Shown one piece after another: positions 17,213 to 26,958 of a DNA stretch of 64,000 nucleotides. Below the pieces are notes generated by a model, which saw only the letters and a list, made by a program, of their open reading frames with translations, made no database searches and was not told where the DNA came from. The position numbers and the translations under genes were made by a program. Source of the stretch: Eubacteriales bacterium (GTDB lineage: Bacteria; Bacillota; Clostridia; Oscillospirales; JAAYXM01); the NCBI GenBank assembly GCA_045636865.1, contig JAZTYJ010000022.1, forward strand, positions 3,667 through 67,666, in the 5' to 3' direction. The stretch's first letter is position 1. Each line of letters begins with the position of its first letter.

Positions 17213-18277
17213 TTACTTTTTCAGTTTTGATTTCATTACGCCGATTTTTCTCACAATCGCTCTGTAATTTGACTGAACACTCTCTATAATCTTTGCAGTT
17301 TTTGGCATAAAGAGCATATCAAGCTTTCCGACGAAGTCGCATCTCTCCCCTGCAAAACCTGCCTTAAAGCGAATGAGACCATCAAGCTGCGTTTTCTCCA
17401 TATCACCTGTTATGCCGCGAAAATCATAAATGTTGCAGTTGTTTTCGATTGTCCACTTTATCATTTCCCATTGCATCATATAGTTCGGCATACGGTTTCT
17501 TTCACGGTTGCTGCTCGCCCCGTAGAGATACCACACCTTATCACCGAAAAGAATCGCAACTGCGCCCGAAATAACCTGACCTTCATACTCCATAAGATAA
17601 AGGCGGAGATTGTCCGGTGCGAGAATATCGTACATATCCTCGAAATACTTAAGGCTTCTTGCGATAAAACCATCGCGGACTGCAGTTTCTTTCATTATCT
17701 CGACAAAAGCAGGCAAATCTTCTTTTGTTCCGATTCGGGAAGTTACTCCCTTCTTGACCGAAAGACGGACATTGTAGCGCGTTTTTGAGTGGAATGCCGC
17801 AAAAACCTCTTCTTCATTACGTCCGTTTATCGGGAGGCGGAAAACGTATCTCGCCTGAAGATATTCCGGACGGTGCTTCGTGTTGTTTACACAGAACCCC
17901 GCGGAACAAAGTTCCGAAAGATACGGATCATCATCCAAAATATCCGGATCGATTGAGAGCTCATATGCATTATACTTCTCTGCAAGCTTTCTGCTCTCTG
18001 CAAGAAGCTCTAAAAGTGTCTGCGTGTCGCCGTCTGTTGTGACGGGACCGCGCGGACAGTACATATGAGTATATTTCGTTTTTGCGACCTTGCTCGTCAT
18101 AATGAGCATACTGCCGAGAACTTTGCCATCCTCATCGCACGACATAAAAGCATCGCACTTCCACGGCTTTTTAAAAGCCGCCCATTTGAGCGATTTAACA
18201 AAATGCCCTCTCGGGTGTGATTCTACAAACGCTTCGTATTTCTTTGCGCTCGCTTCATCCGTAACATACTGTATCAT
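17213..18277 (-). CDS. FemAB-family peptidoglycan interpeptide-bridge aminoacyltransferase (copy 2)
   Basis: About 350 aa with FemX-like conserved blocks (YCPRGPV, FHSKTRYNVRL, YLYGASSN, MQWEMIKW, FKAGFAGE). Confidence 0.85.
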   Translation of the reverse strand: MIQYVTDEASAKKYEAFVESHPRGHFVKSLKWAAFKKPWKCDAFMSCDEDGKVLGSMLIMTSKVAKTKYTHMYCPRGPVTTDGDTQTLLELLAESRKLAEKYNAYELSIDPDILDDDPYLSELCSAGFCVNNTKHRPEYLQARYVFRLPINGRNEEEVFAAFHSKTRYNVRLSVKKGVTSRIGTKEDLPAFVEIMKETAVRDGFIARSLKYFEDMYDILAPDNLRLYLMEYEGQVISGAVAILFGDKVWYLYGASSNRERNRMPNYMMQWEMIKWTIENNCNIYDFRGITGDMEKTQLDGLIRFKAGFAGERCDFVGKLDMLFMPKTAKIIESVQSNYRAIVRKIGVMKSKLKK

Positions 18278-18280
18278 AAT

Positions 18281-19330
18281 CTATTCCCTTCCCAACATCT
18301 TTCGTGCAATTTTAAAAAGCTTTTGCAAAACTTTAACTTTTCTGTTTGCAGATTTATCGTAAATTACATCAATTCTTCCGACAAAAGAAACAAGCTCACC
18401 GCCAAAACGCTTTTTGAACCTTACAAGTCCCTCAATCGGAGTGAGCTTATCCCCCTCACCTGCGATGCCGCGCATATCATAAAGGAAATAACCGTTATCT
18501 CTCGACCAGCGCATCATCTCCCATTGCATAAGGAAGTTCGGCATAGTCTCTTTCGCTTCGTCGTTACTGCCCGCATACATATGCCAGCTCTTGCCTGCAC
18601 ACGCAAGAAGAACGGATCCTGCAATCGGCTTTCCTTCATACTCAACAATAAACAGCTTGAACATATCTTCGCCGAATGCATCGAGCATATCAGCAAAATA
18701 TTCTTCATTTCTCGCCGTAAAGCCATCCCGCCTTGCAGTTGATTCTAACAGTCCGCAAAATGTTGGGATGTCTTCGCGCGTACCAAGTCGACAAACCGCG
18801 CCGCTTTTGAGAGCTGTTCGAACATTGTAACGCGCTTTTGAGTGAAACATCGCCATGAGCTCGTCGTCCGACTTATTAACATCGATTCTGTAAACAGCAA
18901 GTGGCTGAAGGATTGCATTGTCGGTTGAATTCTCCCCTATTTCCGCGCCCTTTCTGTCAAAGAAATCAAGCCACGGCTTGTTGTTCTCCAAAGTAATATC
19001 AGGATCAAGTGTCAGCTTATATGCGCCGATTTCTTTTGCAATTACTTCAGCTTCTGCCAAAAGCTCAGAAAGTGCTTTTGTATTGTCTCTTGAACACACG
19101 GGACCTCGCGGTGCGTAAAGAAAAATCTTGTCTGTTCGTCTTACCTTCTGAACAAACATCAGCATAACGCCGATTACTTCTTCATCGTCATCCTCGCAGA
19201 TGAGAGCAAAGCTCTTCTGCGCATTTTTAAAATCCTTCCACTCAAGAGACTGCAAAAAATGGCTGTTTTCACTCTTCTTGAAGAAGTCGTAATACTTATT
19301 TATATCATTTTCGCAAACTCGTCTGACCAT
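18281..19330 (-). CDS. FemAB-family peptidoglycan interpeptide-bridge aminoacyltransferase (copy 1)
   Basis: Paralogue of the adjacent gene (YAPRGPV, FHSKARYNVRT, HMYAGSND, MQWEMMRW, FKKRFGGE). A 3-nt gap separates the two. Confidence 0.85.
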   Translation of the reverse strand: MVRRVCENDINKYYDFFKKSENSHFLQSLEWKDFKNAQKSFALICEDDDEEVIGVMLMFVQKVRRTDKIFLYAPRGPVCSRDNTKALSELLAEAEVIAKEIGAYKLTLDPDITLENNKPWLDFFDRKGAEIGENSTDNAILQPLAVYRIDVNKSDDELMAMFHSKARYNVRTALKSGAVCRLGTREDIPTFCGLLESTARRDGFTARNEEYFADMLDAFGEDMFKLFIVEYEGKPIAGSVLLACAGKSWHMYAGSNDEAKETMPNFLMQWEMMRWSRDNGYFLYDMRGIAGEGDKLTPIEGLVRFKKRFGGELVSFVGRIDVIYDKSANRKVKVLQKLFKIARKMLGRE

Positions 19331-19405
19331 ATCAAATGCCTCAAAAAATATATTTTATATATTATACCATTTTTTTACGCATTAAACAAGTCCGGAAAGT
19401 AAAAA

Positions 19406-19429
19406 AGCATTCTCATATACGAGAATGCT
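19406..19429 (-). terminator. rho-independent terminator after the creatininase-family gene
   Basis: agcattctc-atatac-gagaatgct, with a T-run on the minus strand. Confidence 0.7.
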
Positions 19430-19438
19430 TTTTTGTTT

Positions 19439-20230
19439 TTACTTGCGGTTTTCGAGCATATCAACAAATTCGCAGATTCCATCAACGATTTCGTTGCAAA
19501 TTTTCTCTCCAAGCTCCTTTGTAGCTTTTTCAGGAAATCCCATTACACCAACTTCAATTTCATCGCGCTGACCGACTGTTTCAACGACAAATCTGTTGTC
19601 AATCGGCTTTGTTCTCTTTTCAAACCAGTCCTGATCAGATCTCATCATCTTTGAGAAATACTCTTCATCCATAACGATTTCTTCGCGGACTTCATCGGGC
19701 GCCCAATGCATCATAAGTGCAGTCTCCATCATACCTGCGTGGAAGTCGTGCTCCGGCTCCATAGCAAAGCCCGAGAGCCATGTCGGAGAAAGATTCCAAG
19801 CCTCGACGAGAGAAAGAGTGATCTTCTCTGACATCGCCTTGTCGCGGCGAAGGAGCATCTGAAGACTATTGCGAAGAGCGTTTATATTGTCTGTTCCTGC
19901 GTGACCAAGGAAGACGACGATATTCTTAAAGCCCATTTTCACAAATTCAGATACAATTTCACCGATGTAGAGACCGAACGTATTCGGGCTTACGTTGACC
20001 GTGCCGAGAAGCTCGCCACCGGAGAAGCAGTAATTTACAGACGGAGCAACAACTGCATTGAGTTTGTCAGCTGCGATTTTCAGCGGCTTGTTTGCATTGT
20101 GAATATCTGTTGCGAGTGTGAGGTGATATCCGTGCTGCTCTACAACACCGACCGGGATAATAACGGTTTTCGTCTTTGCAAGAGCGTCCTTCATATCTTT
20201 TACTGTCATTTTTTCCATATAGAAAGCCAT
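19439..20230 (-). CDS. creatininase-family amidohydrolase (intact paralogue)
   Basis: Family motifs: IIPVGVVEQHGYHLTLATD, VFLGHAG and HAGMMETA. Confidence 0.85.
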   Translation of the reverse strand: MAFYMEKMTVKDMKDALAKTKTVIIPVGVVEQHGYHLTLATDIHNANKPLKIAADKLNAVVAPSVNYCFSGGELLGTVNVSPNTFGLYIGEIVSEFVKMGFKNIVVFLGHAGTDNINALRNSLQMLLRRDKAMSEKITLSLVEAWNLSPTWLSGFAMEPEHDFHAGMMETALMMHWAPDEVREEIVMDEEYFSKMMRSDQDWFEKRTKPIDNRFVVETVGQRDEIEVGVMGFPEKATKELGEKICNEIVDGICEFVDMLENRK

Positions 20231-20311
20231 ATGTATACCTCCGTAAATTATGTTCTAAAACGATTAAGTTGCTATATTCAAATTATAACATAACAATTTT
20301 TGTTTTTCAAG

Positions 20312-21184
20312 CTAATTTTCCTTCGCTCGACTTAACATAAAAACAGCACCCAAAATCAGAATTATTCCCGCCGAAGAAAATACATCAAGTCTCTCACCTA
20401 AAAGCGTAACGCTGTAAAGTGTTGCCGCCATCGGCTCTATTACCCCGAGTGCCGAAACCGTTCCTGCCGGGAGAGATTTAAATGCGAGAGTGTAGAGAAA
20501 ATACGGAATTATGCACGTACAGATGCCACAGCCCAACATCAGAAGAATATTTATCGGATTTGAAACCGCAATTTCTGCTATCTGCCACGGTTTTGACACA
20601 CAGAGTGCAATTACACTTACCACAATAAAACAATATGTATTCGACGTGACAGGGTTGCATCCGCGCTTCATCTGCACCTTTGTTACGATATTGTATACGC
20701 TGTAAGTAATGCCCGATATTGCGCCGATAATTATGCCGAGAAGGTCAAACTTAAGTCCTCCGACCACTCCCGAAACAAAGCCACAACCGACTATCATACT
20801 GACGACTGCAAGCACTTTAAGTGGTGTGAGCTTTTCTCCGAGAAAGATAACAGAATATATCATTACAACAATCGGGGCGATATACATAAGCACAACAGCC
20901 GTTGATACAGACGTCATCTGCATCGATGCGTAATAACATGTTGCCGTCAGAAACATCGACAAACCGCCTATGACATAAAGTTTTAAATCCTTTTTATTCG
21001 TTTTCAAGATACTTCTGTCCCGGATGAGTGCAAAAATTGTCAGCGTCAGAACCGACACTATTCCGCGGATACACGTCATCTGGACCGATGTGAGTCCCAA
21101 TGGTGCGAGAATGTGAACGAATATACCGGACGTTCCCCAGAACATTCCCGCAAGGATTATGCAAATAAACGCTTTCTTTTTCAT
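20312..21184 (-). CDS. EamA/DMT-family transporter
   Basis: 290 aa with 10 predicted TM helices in two EamA-like halves. Confidence 0.8.
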   Translation of the reverse strand: MKKKAFICIILAGMFWGTSGIFVHILAPLGLTSVQMTCIRGIVSVLTLTIFALIRDRSILKTNKKDLKLYVIGGLSMFLTATCYYASMQMTSVSTAVVLMYIAPIVVMIYSVIFLGEKLTPLKVLAVVSMIVGCGFVSGVVGGLKFDLLGIIIGAISGITYSVYNIVTKVQMKRGCNPVTSNTYCFIVVSVIALCVSKPWQIAEIAVSNPINILLMLGCGICTCIIPYFLYTLAFKSLPAGTVSALGVIEPMAATLYSVTLLGERLDVFSSAGIILILGAVFMLSRAKEN

Positions 21185-21200
21185 AAATATCTTCTATCCC

Positions 21201-21758
21201 CTATCTTATCATTTCTATCCCTTTTTCCAAAAGCTCGTAGTCTATCATCCCTTGTGCATACGTTATCAGATTTCCGTTTTCGTCAATAAAGAACGTCATC
21301 GGAATTGAAGACGTCTGATATGCTATTGAAGCTGAGTATTCAGTATCAAAATACACAGGGAAGATATATCCGTTTTCTTCTATATGTTTTTTGGCTTTTT
21401 TGACCGTCTCCTGCTGATTGTCAGTCGCATTCACCATCATAAACACTACTTCATCCTTATATTTATCATATGCCTTCTGAAAATCCGGCATCTCTTCCCT
21501 GCACGGCGGACACCAGCTTGCCCAGAAGTTCAACACAACAGGTTTTCCTTTCTTATCCGAAAGCCTGATGCTTTTTCCGTCATAGTCCTGCACCGTAAAA
21601 TCAGGTGCAGAAAAAACTTTATCTTGCTCATCCTGTGCATTATCTGCGATGTTCTCGGATGAGTAATTCTCACTTAATTTGTTATAAAGAAAATACGCAC
21701 CCGCAATAAGCAAAACGAGCACAAGAAGTCCGCATATCCACTTAATCAGATTCTTCAT
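21201..21758 (-). CDS. TlpA/ResA-like membrane-anchored thiol:disulfide oxidoreductase
   Basis: An N-terminal TM anchor followed by the thioredoxin-fold motif FWASWCPPC. Confidence 0.85.
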   Translation of the reverse strand: MKNLIKWICGLLVLVLLIAGAYFLYNKLSENYSSENIADNAQDEQDKVFSAPDFTVQDYDGKSIRLSDKKGKPVVLNFWASWCPPCREEMPDFQKAYDKYKDEVVFMMVNATDNQQETVKKAKKHIEENGYIFPVYFDTEYSASIAYQTSSIPMTFFIDENGNLITYAQGMIDYELLEKGIEMIR

Positions 21759-21776
21759 TCTTTCTACCTCATCTGT

Positions 21777-22442
21777 TTAGTCAAAAATCGCAAGATATCT
21801 GCCAAGCAGCCCCGAAACCATCAGGACACCTATAAGTATCAGGAAAATTCCGCAAATTGTGTTTATGGTTTTATAATTGCGCTTTATAAAATCAAAAGTT
21901 CCCTTTAATTTATCTATCAGAACTGCACTAATTATAAACGGCACGCCGAGACCTATGGAGTATGCAAGGAGCATCAGAACGCCCGTGTGCGCATTTCCCT
22001 GTTGTGATGCCATCATAAGCGCCGACCCGAGAAACGCTCCAACACACGGACTCCATCCGCAAGAAAACACAACCCCCATAAGTATTGCCGATATAAAACC
22101 AAGCTCCTTCTTTGAATTTAAGCTTCTTATTCCGTGAAACAGGTGAAAATTAAACACTCCGAGAAAATTAAGACCAAAAAAGATCACCAACGCGCCCGTA
22201 ACCACATTGACAACGCCGCGGTATTTCTGCAAAAAACTGCCGACAGTTCCCGCAAATGCTCCGAGAATCAGAAAAACAACCGTGAATCCGAGAACAAAAC
22301 CAAATGCGTTTTTTAATGTCTTTCTCTCCGGAGAATTCTCAGCCCCGGCAGCAAAATACGAAACATAAATCGGAAGCATTGGAAGCATACACGGAGATAT
22401 AAATGTAATTATTCCTTCAAGAAACGAAATCAAATAAAGCAT
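21777..22442 (-). CDS. ccdA: CcdA/DsbD-type thiol:disulfide electron-transfer membrane protein
   Basis: Family motifs: FISPCMLPMLPIY and a second Cys motif CGWSPCVG. ATG at 22442 has a GGGAGAG RBS. The track ORF extends upstream from a TTG. Confidence 0.8.
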   Translation of the reverse strand: MLYLISFLEGIITFISPCMLPMLPIYVSYFAAGAENSPERKTLKNAFGFVLGFTVVFLILGAFAGTVGSFLQKYRGVVNVVTGALVIFFGLNFLGVFNFHLFHGIRSLNSKKELGFISAILMGVVFSCGWSPCVGAFLGSALMMASQQGNAHTGVLMLLAYSIGLGVPFIISAVLIDKLKGTFDFIKRNYKTINTICGIFLILIGVLMVSGLLGRYLAIFD

Positions 22443-22588
22443 ATAAAAACTCTCCCATATCTGCATCAATTTCTGTTATGTTTTTATTAAGCCCATTATT
22501 TCCCAAAGTTAAACAAATGCATTATACCACAGTAAAATAAAAAAGACAACTTCCTCTCACGGAAATTGTCTTTTTATCTTATTGAAAT

Positions 22589-23968
22589 TTAGAATACAGA
22601 TACAATCAGAACTACAAGAATAGCAATCGGAAGCACGTATGCAAGGTACGGTCTCAACCACTTTGCAAGCTTAAGACCGTTTCCTTCGTTGACTTCGCCG
22701 AAATACTTATCCCAGCCCCAACCGTAACGTGATGTGCAGAAGAGTGCATAGAGCAAGCTGCCAATCGGAAGCATTACGTTTGAAACCGTAAAGTCTTCAA
22801 GATCCATAATTCCCTTGCCTGCGATTGTGAAATCTGACCAGACAGTAAAGCCTAAGACACACGGAACCGAAAGAACAAACATAAGTATGATGTTGATTAT
22901 CGCAACCTTGCGACGGCTCATATTCGTAAGCTCAAGCCAGAAGGACATAATGTTTTCAAATACGGCGATAACCGTTGAAAGTGCCGCAAAGTTCATAAAT
23001 ACAAAGAAGAGTGCTCCGATTACTCTGCCACCCGGCATTGCATTGAATATGCTTGAAAGTGTTGTGAAGAGGAACCCTGCCCCAACCGTTGCAGCGTCTG
23101 CGGTTACACCGTTGTTGTATGTAAAGCATGCCGGGAAAATAATAAGACCGGACATAAGTGCAACCATTGTGTCAAGCGACATGATGGTAAGAGCTTCGCC
23201 GGTAAGGCTTCTTTCTTTGCTGATGTAGCTTCCGAAAATAGCGATTGAACCGATACCTATGCTCAATGTGAAGAAAGCCTGTCCCATTGCGGCTGAAATA
23301 ACTGTCCATACGCCATGAGTTTTGACGCCTTCAAGATTCGGAATCAAATAGAACTTGAGGCCTTCTGCCGCATTTGAAAGCGTACAGGAATAAACTGCAA
23401 GGCCTATCATAAGGACAAAGAGCGCAATCATCATATACTTTGTGATTTTTTCTACACCCTTCTGAAGTCCCAATGAACACACACCAAAACCAAGAAGAAT
23501 AACAACAAACGTTGTTATGAGCATAATCGGGGTATTTGTTATAACGCCGCCAAAGACGTTTCCAAGCTCTTCTGCAGTTGAGTACTGAAGAATCGATCCG
23601 TTTAAATACTTAAAGAAGTAAATAACCATCCATGCCGAAATTGTTGTGTAGAACATCATAAGAATATAATTGCCTGCGATGCCTATATACTTAACCAAAT
23701 GCCACTTCTGCCCCGGCTTTTCAAGCGCATCAAAAGATGACGCTATGCTTCTCTGGCTTGCGCGACCTACGGAAAGCTCCATAGTCATAATCGGGAGACC
23801 CATAAGGAGCAAAAATGCGATGTAAATAAGAACAAACAATGCACCGCCGTATGCCCCTGTCAGAATCGGAAAACGGTAAACGTTGCCGAGACCGATTGCG
23901 CAACCTGCCGAAATAAGAATAAAACCGAGTCTTGATGAAAACTTTTCTCTCTGATTCATTTTTCTCAT
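22589..23968 (-). CDS. sodium-dependent transporter, neurotransmitter:sodium symporter (SNF) family
   Basis: AGCAIGLGNVYRFP is the NSS signature, and the protein has about 11-12 TM helices. The start is probably MRKMNQ (or MNQ, three codons further in) rather than the GTG at 24013. Confidence 0.85.
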   Translation of the reverse strand: MRKMNQREKFSSRLGFILISAGCAIGLGNVYRFPILTGAYGGALFVLIYIAFLLLMGLPIMTMELSVGRASQRSIASSFDALEKPGQKWHLVKYIGIAGNYILMMFYTTISAWMVIYFFKYLNGSILQYSTAEELGNVFGGVITNTPIMLITTFVVILLGFGVCSLGLQKGVEKITKYMMIALFVLMIGLAVYSCTLSNAAEGLKFYLIPNLEGVKTHGVWTVISAAMGQAFFTLSIGIGSIAIFGSYISKERSLTGEALTIMSLDTMVALMSGLIIFPACFTYNNGVTADAATVGAGFLFTTLSSIFNAMPGGRVIGALFFVFMNFAALSTVIAVFENIMSFWLELTNMSRRKVAIINIILMFVLSVPCVLGFTVWSDFTIAGKGIMDLEDFTVSNVMLPIGSLLYALFCTSRYGWGWDKYFGEVNEGNGLKLAKWLRPYLAYVLPIAILVVLIVSVF

Positions 23969-24031
23969 CCCTTTTCCTAAAAATTTTGTTTTGCGATGTT
24001 TAAAGTATACCACAAAAAATATGTGTTTTCA

Positions 24032-24060
24032 AGAAAAAACTCCCAAAGCATAACTTCGGG
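24032..24060 (-). terminator. rho-independent terminator after the nitroreductase gene
   Basis: On the minus strand, tcccgaag-N5-ctttggga (one G-U pair) is followed by a T-run. Confidence 0.55.
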
Positions 24061-24075
24061 AGCGTAATACCTTAT

Positions 24076-24603
24076 TTAAAAGCTGTCATATTTAACGACA
24101 TCGTCTATCGGTCTTGTATAAAAGTGCATATCTCTCGGCTTTGAATCATCCGAAGCATATCCCATAACAAGAAGCGCATAAGGGATAATGTTTCCTGGAA
24201 TATTGAATTCTTCACGCATAGCTTTCGGGTCAAAGTGCATAACCCAGCAGGTTCCGAGCCCGAGATTATGCGCTTCAAGCATCATATGAGTAGTAACGAT
24301 TCCGGCATCGACGGGCGCGCACTTTTCACCGTCATACGGACGCGACCAGCCTTCACTTTCGTCGTAGCACACAAGCATTGCAAGCGGTGCATCAAAATGG
24401 CATCTTGTGCATTTTTTAAGCTTTGAAAGCGCATCTTCAGACTTTATAACAAGAATTCTCTGCGGCTGAAAATTGCAGCCGGTAGGTGCAATATGCCCTG
24501 CGTTTAAGATTTTATTTATCAGCGAATCAGAAACCTTTTCTTTTTTAAACTCTCTTACGGAATAGCGTTCTGCTATGAGCTTTTCAAATTCCATATATTT
24601 CAT
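24076..24603 (-). CDS. nitroreductase-family protein
   Basis: 175 aa, with the RYSVREF motif close to the N-terminus (residues 13-19). Confidence 0.85.
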   Translation of the reverse strand: MKYMEFEKLIAERYSVREFKKEKVSDSLINKILNAGHIAPTGCNFQPQRILVIKSEDALSKLKKCTRCHFDAPLAMLVCYDESEGWSRPYDGEKCAPVDAGIVTTHMMLEAHNLGLGTCWVMHFDPKAMREEFNIPGNIIPYALLVMGYASDDSKPRDMHFYTRPIDDVVKYDSF

Positions 24604-24635
24604 CCTTTCAACTTTAATGCAATATATTATTCAAT

Positions 24636-24668
24636 AAAAAACTTCCTGAGCGAACTCGCCCAGGAAGT
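24636..24668 (-). terminator. rho-independent terminator after the ABC permease pair
   Basis: acttcctg-N12-caggaagt, followed on the minus strand by a T-run. Confidence 0.65.
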
Positions 24669-24680
24669 TGTAATCTGATT

Positions 24681-25562
24681 TTAGCCCTTAACTGAGCCGA
24701 TCATAACACCCTTAACAAAGTACTTCTGCAAGAACGGATAAACCGCAATAATCGGAGCAACCGCTACAACGATGGTTGCAAACTTAACAGAGTCTTCTGC
24801 AAAGGTTGTATCACGAGCTGCGCCTTCAAACTCATCCATAACGCTCTGAAGAACGATCTGACGGAGAATGATCTGAAGCGGATACTTAGCTTCGTCGTTG
24901 AGGTAGATAAGCGGACCAAAGAAGCCGTTCCACTGTCCAACTGCAACGAAAAGACCAATTGTTGCGAGAACCGCTGTTGATGTCGGGAGAACGAGGTACC
25001 AGAGGATACCGATGTCGTTAAGACCGTCAAGGCGACCTGACTCTTCGATTTCCTTCGGGAAACCTGCAAAGAATGTTCTCATAATGATACAGTTATAAGC
25101 TGCGAATGCACCCGGCAAAACGATAGCCCAGATTGTATCAATAAGACCGAGCCACTTGATACAAAGGAATGTCGGAATCATACCGCCACCGAAGAACATT
25201 GTAATCATAACAAGGATGTTGATAAACTTACCGCCCGGAAGTCTGTTCGGCTTACTGAGTGCATATGCACCGGTTGTAAGAATTACAAGAGCTACAATTG
25301 TACCGACTACTGTATAGATAATAGTGTTCTTATACGCAGTAAAGATAAGCGGCTTTGAAAGAACAAATCTGTATGTATCGAGTGTAGCACCGAAATGTCC
25401 GTCGACCCTCGGGAAGATGCTTATGTTACCCTGGATAACTTCCCATGTTCCGGAAAGAGAAACAGAGATCATATACATAAACGGAAAGAGAACAACGAGC
25501 AATACAAACCAAAGGAAGAGATTTCTGAGCAACCAACCAATAGTAAATTTCTTTTCAACCAT
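24681..25562 (-). CDS. carbohydrate ABC transporter permease (LplC/MalG-like)
   Basis: 293 aa with six TM helices and an EAA-loop region (ESGRLDGLNDIGILWYLVLP). Confidence 0.85.
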   Translation of the reverse strand: MVEKKFTIGWLLRNLFLWFVLLVVLFPFMYMISVSLSGTWEVIQGNISIFPRVDGHFGATLDTYRFVLSKPLIFTAYKNTIIYTVVGTIVALVILTTGAYALSKPNRLPGGKFINILVMITMFFGGGMIPTFLCIKWLGLIDTIWAIVLPGAFAAYNCIIMRTFFAGFPKEIEESGRLDGLNDIGILWYLVLPTSTAVLATIGLFVAVGQWNGFFGPLIYLNDEAKYPLQIILRQIVLQSVMDEFEGAARDTTFAEDSVKFATIVVAVAPIIAVYPFLQKYFVKGVMIGSVKG

Positions 25563-25580
25563 TTTATATTCTCCTCCTTA

Positions 25581-26573
25581 TTACCAAAGACTTGTTTCGC
25601 TGACTGTTTTCGCAACATAGTTAGATGCGATAACAAGAATCAAGCTGACAACTGAATTGAACAAACCTACTGCCGTACCGTAGCTGAAGCTGTTCTGCTG
25701 GAGACCTGCCTGGTAAACATAGGTTGAAATAACTTCTGATGTCTCATATGTAGCCGGTGTCTGCAAAAGCAATACCTTTTCAAAAGATACGCTGAGAAGG
25801 CTACCCATACGGAGAAGAAGCATTGTGATGATTGTCGGAGCGATACTCGGAAGAGTGATGCTCCAGAGGCAACGCATCTTTCCTGCACCGTCAACAACTG
25901 CTGCTTCGTAGAGCTGCGGGTCAACGTTTGTGAGAGCTGCAAGGTAAATGATTGCGCCCCAACCCATTCCCTGCCAGATACCCGAAGCAATAAAGATTGT
26001 TCTGAAGTATCTTGCGTCGGCGAGAATGTTTGTAGCCTGAATACCCATGCTTTCCAAAACACGTGTTACGATACCGCTTGTCGGTGAAAGAAGCATTGTT
26101 ACAAGGCCGACAACAACAACCGTTGAAAGGAAGTGAGGCATATAGCTGACTGTCTGAACAACTTTCTTGAACTTCATATTGCGAGTCTCATTGAGGATGA
26201 GAGCAAGAATAATCGGCATCGGGAATGACCAAAGAAGATCATAGAACGAAAGCAAGAATGTGTTCCTGATCATTCGCCAACAATATTTATAATTGAAGAA
26301 TCGGATAAAGTGGTCAAAACCGACCCACTTACTTCCGAGAAGTCCGACGAACGGCTTATAGTCCTTAAACGCAATTAAGATACCGTACATCGGGAAATAG
26401 TAGAACAACGCAAGACAGAGAACCGACGGCAATACAAGAATCATAAGATACTTTCCGTCAGAAAGCTTCTTGAGCCACTCGGGTTTTGCACTTGCAGGTG
26501 AACTTGGCAGAACTTCTGCCGAAACGTTTTTTGTCGCCTTCAAAGTTTTCAACTCCTTGATTTTTTCTTTCAC
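25581..26573 (-). CDS. carbohydrate ABC transporter permease (LplB/MalF-like)
   Basis: 330 aa with an EAA-loop region (EAAVVDGAGKMRCLWSITLP). The start is a GTG with a weak RBS. Confidence 0.8.
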   Translation of the reverse strand: MKEKIKELKTLKATKNVSAEVLPSSPASAKPEWLKKLSDGKYLMILVLPSVLCLALFYYFPMYGILIAFKDYKPFVGLLGSKWVGFDHFIRFFNYKYCWRMIRNTFLLSFYDLLWSFPMPIILALILNETRNMKFKKVVQTVSYMPHFLSTVVVVGLVTMLLSPTSGIVTRVLESMGIQATNILADARYFRTIFIASGIWQGMGWGAIIYLAALTNVDPQLYEAAVVDGAGKMRCLWSITLPSIAPTIITMLLLRMGSLLSVSFEKVLLLQTPATYETSEVISTYVYQAGLQQNSFSYGTAVGLFNSVVSLILVIASNYVAKTVSETSLW

Positions 26574-26958
26574 ACATCCCTACACGGGAACCGTGCTTAT
26601 ATTATATGTAACCGCGAACAGCGGAAACTATATAACCAACATTCAGGCGGACCTAAAGACACCCAATGCGAGAATGTCACAAAATCCGCATTCTTATTAT
26701 ACAACAATATACTACAAAATATGAACTGTCACTTTTTTCACTTATCACTAAAATTATTGATTTCAGTAAAAATAATTAAAAAAAATATAAATAACAATTC
26801 AAAAACACACTTTTGAACTTTCCAAACTCAAACATCAGTTAATTTCAAAAAATAAACCATTTCAAAGAACAAATCCATTCGCAGACGCCGTTAATATCTC
26901 GTTAATAACTTGTCAAAAACGACATATTTTTACATCCAAATTTATACATAGCTTAATT

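Noticed and set aside
23930-24013. While translating the N-terminus of the SNF transporter by hand, I counted one A fewer in the run around 23938-23941 than the ORF-track protein (…EKFSSRLG…) requires. That would imply a frameshift.
   Set aside because: The ORF track reports one continuous 474-aa ORF, and coordinates on both sides (23228 and 24076) are in register. I attribute the discrepancy to my own miscounting of a homopolymer, not to a real frameshift.
26574-26958. A 385-bp AT-rich spacer, checked for CRISPR-like repeats, an SBP gene remnant or an RNA element.
   Set aside because: I saw only tiny hairpins (cacgg-gaa-ccgtg, ccgc-gaaca-gcgg). There is no direct-repeat periodicity and no open frame with SBP-like sequence. 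It is probably promoter/UP-element DNA.
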